Assembly (NCBI RefSeq): GCF_048593235.1 | Contig: NC_133617.1 | Span: 627,296,958-627,360,957 of the forward strand | From: Sminthopsis crassicaudata | Lineage: Eukaryota | Direction: 5' to 3' | DNA length: 64,000 nucleotides | Part shown: positions 25,140 to 45,335 of the stretch, piece after piece | How positions within the stretch are numbered: the stretch's first letter is position 1 | Layout: each line of letters starts with the position of its first letter | Notes under the pieces: model-generated | The model's database searches: none | The model's input: only the letters and a program-made list of their open reading frames with translations | Told to the model about the DNA's origin: nothing | Program-made: the position numbers and the translations under genes

Positions 25140-25474
25140 CCGGAAGTTTAAGCGTCTGCAGCGGACGGCATCTTCTGGGGGTCCTCGAAGGATGTCTGAA
25201 AGTGTCCAGGGATTCGAAGGGCGGAAGAGTGCTTCTTTACCCCAACACCAGAACATTTGACAAGCCGAATACGTCTCAGCTGGGAGGAGGCTGGAGTGGC
25301 TCCGCCCCTTCCGGTGCCTCCACCAGTATGGCGCTCACCATTGGTGGAAAGGACCGGAGGAGGCGGAGCCGCCGGGGAATTCGAACTCCGGGAGGGACCA
25401 CCTCTGTGGAAGAGAAGTTGGGTGGGGGGGGCGGCGGCGGCGACGGCTAGGACTGCGGAGTGGAAACCTGGGAG
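25140..25474 (+). promoter_or_regulatory. KIF22: KIF22 CpG-island promoter (ETS, GC box, candidate CHR)
   Basis: CCGGAAGT 25140-25147; ctccgcccc about 25300-25308; cttccgg 25308-25314; TTCGAA 25380-25385 (a recognised CHR variant) preceded by a GC-rich CDE-like stretch. Confidence 0.6.
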
Positions 25475-36187
<10,713 letters not shown>

Positions 36188-37151
36188 GCGCCGCCTCCTA
36201 TGGACCCGAGGAGACCCTGCATTCTGTCCGTGTTTTACGGGAGGGGGAGGGAGGGTTTTGTAAATAGAGTGTTTTGTCCAGTCGCCTCTGCCTGATTCTT
36301 GGGGGGAGGGGGTCTCCCGGAGTCCACCATCTGCGCATCTGTCCTCGGAACCGGGGGTGGGGGAGAGGAGATGTTGAAGGGTAGTGTCATTGTCGCTCTA
36401 GCGCGGGGACTAATGATCTATTTTTCCAACACAATTTAACATTCGTCTCCTTTTCTCCAAGGGAAAGGTAGGGAGGGTCAACAGCCGCCATCTTTTAGGG
36501 AGAAGGGGGGAGGGGAAGAGCGACAATTGTAAATAAACTCCTGGGGGGGAGGGACGGTGGCCGAAACGCGGCAAAATACTTTAGTGAGGCCTGGAGGGCG
36601 ACGACCGTTAGGCGCGTGCCTAGGATTTTCCTCGCCCCTCCCATCGCTGCGCGCGCGCCCCAGCTCCTCGTTCAGCCAAGGCAGCGACATTATGCGCGTG
36701 CGCGCGGAATAACGGCCGCTGGCGGAGAGGGGAGGGGGGACTCGGTAGAGGGAGGGGGGAGCCGCCCCATCCCCCGCGTGCCCACCACCTGCACCATCCT
36801 AGGCCAATCAGCTCCTGTCTAGAGGGTCTCGCGCTAACGGAGGCCGGGGCAGCTGGGCGCCTCCCCTCCCCCTCCTGCCCGTGTCCCTCTCTCTTCCCCT
36901 CCCCCCTGGGCTCGCGCGCCCGCGCTCGCGCTTGCCCGAGACTCCGTGTGTGTGTCCTCGCGCCCCCCTCCCGCCCGCTCGCCCGCCCTCCCCGCGCGCA
37001 GTGTGTGCTCCGCTCCCCCCCCCATCCTCCTCCCATCCCTCCCGCCCCGCGCGCCTCCCGCCCGCCCTCCTCCTCCCTCTGGTCCCCCCTCCCCCCACCT
37101 CCTCCTCCCGCCCCGGGGTGAGCGCGAGCTGCCTCCCTCCCTCCCTCCGCC

Positions 37152-37187
37152 ATGGATCCAGGCAACTGGAGCAGCTTCATCTTCCAG
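37152..37187 (+). CDS. MAZ: MAZ alternative upstream first coding exon (MDPGNWSSFIFQ)
   Basis: Perfect Kozak ccgccATGG; phase-0 donor CAG|gtaaca; in-frame acceptor cctcag at 38227 inside the main first exon; resembles the alternative human MAZ N-terminus and the VEZF1 N-terminus (MEANWTAFLFQ) as I recall them. Confidence 0.8.
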
Positions 37188-38122
37188 GTAACAACCCCCC
37201 TCCCCCCACCCCCCACGCCTTCTCCTCCCCCCCACCCCATCTCCCTCCCTACACCCCCCTCCCTCCCTTCCGTTCCACCCCCCCCTCCGCGCGCCCGGTG
37301 CGCGCGCAGCTGCCCCCCTCCTCCTCTCCCTCCCTCCCTCCCCGAGGCGCAGAGAGGGAGCGCGCGCGGCGGGGGCAGAGGCTTCTCCCTCGCGCTCCCC
37401 CCTCCCCCCACCCACCCCGGGGATTCCAACCGCCGCAGCGTACCGGGCGCCCAGCCCGCCGCCTCGCGCTGCTTCCCGCGTCGTCTCGCCCTCCATTCCC
37501 GCTCCCTTCCCGGGTCCTGCCCCTCGGCCCCGCCCCCCCCCTCGGCTCCTGCACCAGCTCCTGCTCCCCACCTGAGGGGACTTTTTCCCCCTCCCGCCTA
37601 GGGGGCGTTGCCTCTCTCCGCCTCAGCCTTCCGAGCGGGTGGGGTGGCAGTTGGTCCTCTCGCCTTCTGGGAGGGGATGTGGATGTGACTGTCCCCCAGC
37701 CCCCACTGCCCGGCGCGCTCCCTCAACAATGAGGGGAGGCGGCCTCCCCAGGTCAAAAACGATTGTTCTCTTGCAGTGAGGAGAGTGGTGTGCCACTGAG
37801 GGGGGTCGGGGGGCTGACCCCACAACCCCGGGCTTCTGGCCACCACCACCCGGCTTTCGCTGGCTTGCTTATCCCTTCTTCCGGAGCATACTGCCCTTTT
37901 GGCCACTTTGGAGGCAATTTACGGGGCCATCTCCCCCCCAAGGGGATCTGACCTTTCCCCCCCAATTAAGGGGACGGGCACTTTGATGAGGATTACTCTC
38001 TTTTTTCCAGTTTTATTGTTTATATGACACTTTTAATCCAGGGAGCTCAAGAACCTGTTTTAAGGGGTCGTTACCCCAAGTACTCTCTCCCTCTCTTCCT
38101 AACACCCTACTGGCTGGAGGCC

Positions 38123-41100
38123 ATGTTTCCTGTTTTCCCCTGCACCCTCCTGGCCCCCCCATTCCCTGTACTGGGACTGGATTCCAGGGGGGTTGGCAAT
38201 CTAATGAACTCTTTTCCCCCACCTCAGGGTCACGCCCAGAATCCCCTGCAGGTTGGGGCTGAGCTTCAGTCCCGGTTCTTTGCATCCCAGGGCTGCAACC
38301 AGAGTCCATTCCAGGTGAGTACCAGGTGGAGGTTGTGGGAGGAGGGGGTACACAGGATAGCGGGTTCTGGGAAATTGAGGAGCAGGATGCTTATGTCCCA
38401 CATGTTCTTTCTATTCCCTTCTTTCCCTCTCAGGCTGCCCCAGCCCCCCCACCGACTCCTCAGGCCCCATCTGCTGAGCCCCTCCAGGTTGACCTCCTCC
38501 CTGTCCTCGCTGCAGCCCAAGAATCTGCTGCTGCTGTGGCGGCAGCAGCCGCGGCTGCAGCTGCAGCCGCCGCCGCCCCCCCAGCTACTGCCACAGCTTC
38601 CACAGTGGACACAGCAGCCCTGAAACAACCCCCTGCGCCACCTCCACCACCCCCTCCAACCTCCGCACCAGCTCCTGAAGCTGCACCTCCAGCTACAATT
38701 GCTGCTGCTACTGCCACAGCTGCTGCTGCCCCAACCTCCACAGCTGTTGTTGCTCCTGTAGCTACTGCTTTGGAAAAGAAATCAAAGAGCAAAGGGCCAT
38801 ACATCTGTGCCCTCTGTGCCAAGGAGTTTAAGAACGGCTATAATCTTCGACGGCATGAAGCCATCCATACGGGTGCCAAGGCTGGGCGGGCTGGCCCAGG
38901 TGCTATGAGGATGCCCACCATGGTGCCCCTGAGCCTCCTGAGCGTGCCAGCGACACTGGGCGGAGCTGGTGGGGGTGGGGGTGAAGGGGGAGCTGGGGGT
39001 GGAGGGGCTGGCGTTGCTGGAGGCGGCGTGGTGACTACCACAGCCTCTGGGAAGCGGATCCGGAAGAACCATGCATGTGAGATGTGCGGAAAGGCCTTCC
39101 GGGATGTCTACCACCTGAACCGGCACAAGCTGTCACACTCTGATGAGAAGCCGTACCAGTGCCCTGTCTGTCAGCAGCGCTTCAAGCGCAAGGACCGCAT
39201 GAGCTACCATGTGCGCTCACATGACGGCGCTGTGCACAAGCCCTACAACTGCTCCCACTGTGGCAAGAGCTTTTCCCGGTGTGCACAGGGATGGGCCACC
39301 GGCGGGAGGGGGGGAGGGGGGAGATGCCCATCAGGCAAAGGTGGCTTCCAAGGATGGGGGAGGAGAGAAGGTAGTTTCATGGTAGTTAAGGGCAAAAGGG
39401 AGAGGTCTCACCTAAAGGAGACCTCAAGAAAAGCAAAAAGGGATGACCTCACAGTGGGAAGAAGTTTTGCATGAGGGGAGGGACTTGCTGGGTAAACAGT
39501 TGGCTGGACTTCAAAAAAAGAATGCACTCTAAGGGGAAGAAACACAGTATAGAGTAGGGGAAGTAGGATCACCCACACTTTTAAGGCCAAAGGCCTAACC
39601 CCTTCCCCTAACAAATTCCCCCAGGCCAGACCACCTCAACAGCCACGTCAGACAGGTGCACTCAACAGAACGGCCCTTCAAATGTGCGGTATGGAGACCT
39701 TGATGTACTGCTACCTTTTTCATTATTTAAACCAAACCCCTTTTTACCTATCCAGACAGCCTCTCAGATCTCATTCTCTCAGAATTCTTATTTCTATTTG
39801 GCTTTTAATTCAATTCTTATTCCTTCTTAAAGGACTAATCTCTTCTTTCCTATTTGCCTATGGCTCTAAGATCCCATACTCCACATTTCTGGGGCTTTGA
39901 CTTTTATCCGCCCCATCCCCTGTATTCATCCCCTTTCTCTTAACAGCCTCTTAACTTCTCTGACTTCTCCACTCCAGACATGTGAAGCAGCATTTGCTAC
40001 CAAGGACCGACTCCGAGCACATACGGTGCGGCATGAAGAGAAGGTGCCATGCCATGTATGTGGCAAGATGCTGAGCGCAGCCTACATCTCCGACCACATG
40101 AAGGTGCACAGCCAGGGACCTCACCACGTCTGCGAGCTCTGCAACAAAGGTATGGAGTGAAGGGACTGAAAGGGACTGTGGGAAAAAATAGCAAAGGGCC
40201 CATTACACTGCTGAATTCCATGATAAAAATATAGATCTGCAAGACTAGGTAGAAGGGAATATACAGTTCAAAGGATCAATTAGTTTCCCCTTTGATGAAA
40301 AGAATACAGTTGCATCTAGGGAGAGACAATAGATTATTAAAAGATCTAAAGTTTGAAGAACTACATTTATGTTGTAAGGGAGAAAACACGGCTTATTGCA
40401 GAGAAATGGTGCTCCCATCTTCTAAGTCTTAGTGAAGAAAAGGTGGGTGGGATGCAGTTGCCTCTGGAAAAGAAGTAGCCAAGTAGAACAAACTTCATGG
40501 GAAATTGGGAACTGGTTTCCCTCAGTCTTGAGAAACCAAGGATGCAACCGCTTCTGCAAAGGGAAACAATCCACTGAGAACAAGTTGACTGGATATAATA
40601 GGCCCAACAGGGTTTAAGGAAGAATATGCAACAAATACCATTTGTGGAAGGACATACCAGGCAGAGAATACCCTCTGGGTGATAGTAACTGTAATTGTAT
40701 TGAGAGGTGGGTGATGGAAGACCTGCAATTGAGATAATGCAGGCAACTCTACTTTTAAGTAGAACAAGCTTCCTTTAAATGGAGTAAGTTTCTTTAATAA
40801 TTGGGAACCAAATCCCTAGGTTTTGGGGGGTTGGGGGACACAGCCGTCTCTGGGGAAGGATGCATTCACTTAGACGAAATGCCCTGAGTAACTAGGAATC
40901 CTGCCACCTCTGGAGAGGGTTTTCCAAGTTGGGAAGAGTAAGTTCTGTGGGTCCTGGGGAAAGAGATCACAGCTATCTGGGAAGAAATATCTACTGAGCA
41001 GACAAAAGTTCCAAGTTTGGGGAAATGAAAAGATAATCCCACTTCTGGGCAGAAGGACAGACCATTACCAGAAAGCCATTCCCCAGGTTGTTGGGCATAG

Positions 41101-42021
41101 CTGACCTGACTTATACTGGGGAAGCGAGTCCCCAACCTAGGAGAACATCCCCGTCTCCGGGGTCTCCACTTAGCTGACCCCTGTCCCTGTCCCCATCCCG
41201 GTCACCCCGTAGGCTTCACCACGGCGGCATACCTGCGCGTCCATGCGGTGAAGGACCACGGGCTCCAGGCCCCCCGGCCCGACCGGCTCCTGTGCAAGCT
41301 CTGCAGCGTGCACTGCAAGACCCCTACCCAGCTGGCTGGCCACATGCAGACCCACCTCGGGGGGGCCGCACCCCCTGTCCCTGGAGACGCCCCCCAGCCA
41401 CAACCGCCACCGCCGCAGCCCACCTGCTGAGGGGAACCCCTGCACCCACCAGGCAAGGCGAGGCGCACGGCTGGTGGGGCATGGGAGGTGAGGGGTGGAA
41501 GGGGATCAGAGGACCCCAGGGGTACTTAGTTTAGGAAGGCCCAGAGGGGCAAGGATAGGTCACTAGGAAATATAGGCTAGGGAGGATATTTGGGCTAGGG
41601 AGGGTCTTTGAGGAGAACTTTTGAAGTGTCTCCAAGGGAAAGAATTCAGGCTAAAAAGTGAAAACCCAAACCTCTGGAGAGGGAGCAGGAAATGTGCAAC
41701 GGCTGTGTCCCAGGGGAGGGAATGGTAGAAGAAACAGCTTCCCAGGCAGAGAGGGGAAGCGACAAAGGGACAAAGGGACAAAGATTTGGCCACAGGTTCC
41801 ACACTGATAACTCTGCCTCTCTTTCCCCCCAACTCCCCCCCTCCCTACTTGCTGCAGGTACAGGTGAGGTCTGTCCTATGGCAGCAGCAGCGTCGGCAGC
41901 AGCAGCGGCGGCGGCGGCGGCAGCAGCAGTTGCAGCAGCTACCCCCACAGCTGTGGGCTCCCTTTCTGGGGCAGAGGGTGTCCCTGTGAGCTCTCAGCCA
42001 CTTCCCTCACAGCCCTGGTGA
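38123..42021 (+). CDS. MAZ: Myc-associated zinc finger protein, 478 aa
   Basis: Exons 38123-38314, 38434-39278, 39625-39688, 39978-40149, 41858-42021 (1437 nt). MFPVFPCTLLAPPFPVLGLDSRG N-terminus, poly-Ala/Pro tracts, six C2H2 fingers, C-terminus SSQPLPSQPW; AATAAA at 43003-43008. Confidence 0.97.
41213..41430 (+). CDS. MAZ: MAZ alternative cassette exon (isoform-2 type, two extra zinc fingers, own stop)
   Basis: Acceptor ccccgtag at 41212, phase 1; GFTTAAYLRVHAVKDHGLQAPRPDRLLCKLCSVHCKTPTQLAGHMQTH...PTC then TGA; gives a 496-aa isoform. Confidence 0.92.
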
Positions 42022-43699
42022 GCCCTGAGGTGGGGGTTGGGGTATAGAGGAAAGGCCTCAGTCCCCTCTCTCCTCTCCCACCCCCTTCCCACCAACTCAG
42101 TTCCTTCCCTCACCAACCAAGGAGCCACCAGAAGGAAGGAGTGAAGAAATGTTTTCTTAGGGGAATTCGCTAGATTTTAAACATTTGTTTCTCTTCTCTC
42201 TCTCCCCTCCCTATATGAATCCCATTGTTCCTCTGGTGATTTGGGGGCCCCCTAGATTGATCTCAGGGGTGACAGAGGACATATCAGTGTCTCATTGCCC
42301 TCTCTTCTCCATCGCCCTTCCCATGTTCTCCCAGGGATTCAAGAACATTTCTTCCCTAAAAGTCCTCTTCCTTCCCACCTTTCCAATCCCCTATTTACCT
42401 ACTGTCTGCTGCCCATCCCTGGGGAGTTGGTGCTGTTTAAATGGGGGGGGAGGGGAGGGCAGGGGTTTAAGAGTATGGAGGAAAAGAGAAGGGAAATGAA
42501 AGATTCTGTCCTGGGTGTGGGGAGAAGAGAGATTTGAAAAGAAAGAGGTTAAGGTGAGGAGCAAACAGTAAAGGACTTAAGAGTCACAAGTGGGGGTTTG
42601 TTTGGGGTCCTTGGCCCTAATCTTCTTCCTCTAGAATGTAACATAACGAAGACTGGGTGATTAAGGGGATAAAACATTTTGGGGAGAAGGCAGAGTAAGA
42701 GGCAGGACCTTGGGGAGGGGAGTAGGGTTAAGTAAAGGACAGAATGAGAGGATAGTTTTTTTGGGGGGGTGCCAGAAAAATAAAGGTGCTTCCCAGGGGG
42801 GGAATGCAGCAGCAGTATTTCCCCCATCCCCTCTCATCTCAACTGTAGTTCTGTCCTTTTTTTTTTTTTCTTTTTTTTTTTTTTTTATCCCTTTTTCCCC
42901 CTCCTCTCCCCAACAGAAATTGTGGCCCTAGCCATGACATCGTGTTCCTGTGTCCCCTGCATGTTCCCCACCCTTCACCCCCTCCTTTGCGGACCCCATT
43001 ACAATAAATTTTAAACAAAAACAAATACTTGATTCTGGCTATTTGTCTCTTACCTCACTATCCTCTCAATCACACACGGATACCTACACCTATCAACCTG
43101 GAGTCACAGGCACAGTCCCTATAAAAGGACTCTGCCTTTTGCTGGCTCCCACCCACAGGACCCCAGAGTCTATTTCTTTCCTTCCTCTGGGCCCTGATCT
43201 CAGACTCCTGTCCCTCCTCAGTGGAGGGCACCAGTGGCTACAGCCCAGATGCAGGGTGGAGCAGGGAGGATCCCGAGTCTGGCTAGCAGGCTCTGGGGGC
43301 AATCCCTGCCCACGAGCAGCTAATCCCTATTGGAGGCTTCCACTAGACACTAGCGGCTCTGCTTCGGGCAGCACCGGCTCCCCCCAGCATCCCTGCCAGA
43401 GGGCCTATCTTGGGACCCCACAGTCAAATACCTGCAAAGTCATGTCATCGATGCAAGCTGGAACAGTGGCAGGGCTGGGGAAAGCCTGAGCGCCCCAGGG
43501 CCGGGGGTGGGTGGGGCCAGTGAAGAAGGCAGGTTGCAGTCGGCCCCTACTGACACCCAAATTCCTGCCTTGATCTACCCTGAGGCTCACCAGCCTCCCC
43601 CGAGGTGCTCCTCCACAGCCCCTTTACCTGCGCCTCACCTCCCAAGACCTTCCTTCCCATGTCCTGAGCACACTCTCGGACCCTACTCTCCCTGCCCTT

Positions 43700-44265
43700 T
43701 TGGGCTGCCCCTGGTCCACCTGGGGTGAGCGGTGGGGGCGGGGCCCTCTCTCCTTGCGATCCCCCATGAGTCCCTTCCCTCTCCCACCACCCTGACCCTC
43801 ATCCCGCAGTCTAGCCGATCTCCCCTCTCCGGACACGGCCCCGGCTCCTCTCCCCTTCCCCCCATGCCAGCCTCTCCCGCCTGGTCTCACACCCCGCACC
43901 GCAGCCCTTCAAGCTGAGGGAGGGGGGAGGGGAAGTTCGGTGACCGTTGGGCGGGGGGGGGAGGGGAAAGGGGGCGCGAGGACCTGGGGGGGTCGCTGGG
44001 TGAGGAGGGGGGGGCGAAGCAATCTCCTGGTTGCCAGGGTAACTCGGGGCCCCGGCGCGCGAGGCTCCCCCGGGTCCGGGATGGGAGGGGAGGCGATAGA
44101 GTGCAGGGGGGCGGGGGCGGCGCGCACAAGGCGGGGTGGAAGGAAGGAGGGGGAGCCGCTGCCTCGCTCGCTCTCTAGCTCGCTGCCTCGCTCGCTTGCT
44201 CCCCGGCTGCTGCAGCGGCGGCGGCGGCAGGAGCAGCCCCCAGGGCTCTGGGAAAAGAAGAGCAG
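43700..44265 (+). promoter_or_regulatory. PRRT2: PRRT2 CpG-island promoter and non-coding exon 1
   Basis: GC-rich with G-tracts; strong donor CAG|GTGAGC at 44265/44266; exon 2 acceptor cttattccag at 45272, 63 nt before the ATG. Confidence 0.65.
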
Positions 44266-45335
44266 GTGAGCGGAGGGTGCTGGAGGGGAGGCCCCGGGGA
44301 CCCGTGGGGCCAGAGTGGGAGAGATTCACTCTGTGAATGTGGGGTGCACGGGCGGATGGAGCCTCCGCGCAAGAATGCGGGGTCCCGGCGGGGGGGGGGA
44401 AGGAGGGACTCGGTTCTGGCTGGTGACTGGGGGGGAAGGGTCCTCGGGAATCCGCGATGCTAAGGTAATGTAAAGGCACTGGGGGCCTGCGGGGAGAGCA
44501 GCGGGGGGAGGGGTGGCGCTCCCCTGGGAGAAGGGATTGGAGAGAAATAAGGGATTCCCCTTCCCCGGGGGAGGGGGCTCTTGTACACACGCAGTAAAAA
44601 AAACCACCAGTCTGAGCTGGAGTGAAGTCGGGGAGGAAAAAGGGACGAGAGCGCTACCAGAGAGGGAGGTGGGAACCAGCTGGAGGGGGTGGAGGGAGAG
44701 CGCAGGGCACCTCTCCGGGCACTGCCTGGCTCCTCGGCGCGCCGGCGGGAGCGGCTTTGGTAGGCAAGGCGGCGGTGGCTGCCTGTCTGCCTGCCGCTTG
44801 TGCCAGTCAGCGGCCGCGTCTGTCCGTGCGGCTCTGCAGCCCCGCCGCGGAGGAGTCTTCCCGGATGACACTGGGGAGGGGGCCTTGCAGACGGGGTGGG
44901 GGGCGAAAGGGAGGCGCTCTCCGCTCCTGTCCCCGGAGGCTTAGCCCTCTCTTTCCAGCACAGCGGAGAGGGAGAGCCTCACTTTCTGAGCATCCCGCAG
45001 GCAGCCATCTCCTCACCTTCACCCCCACCGCCGCCCCCACTCACTGCTGCCCCGTCGGGGAGGAAGGAGGCCCGGCCCGAAGCTGCTGGCCTGCCCTCAA
45101 GCTCAGAGGGAAGCGCGGACCTCCGGGGCGGCCTCCCCCAGTCTGTCGACATTTGGCCACCACCTTGCCCCTCTTCAGTCAGAGTTGACCATTCAGATCC
45201 AGCTGAGGCTGCCGGGCTCCGAGTTCTACACTTTCTCTTCCCCAGATCCAGCTGTGTCTCCTCTTATTCCAGGATCTCCTGTTGCTGTTCTCTCCCCTCC
45301 CCCCACTGTCCTTCCCTCCTCTCTCCCATCTCAAG

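Noticed and set aside
36620-37732. Several 245-283 aa ORFs on both strands in the MAZ promoter
   Set aside because: Gly/Arg or Pro-rich translations of G/C tracts; stop codons are expected to be rare at this composition.
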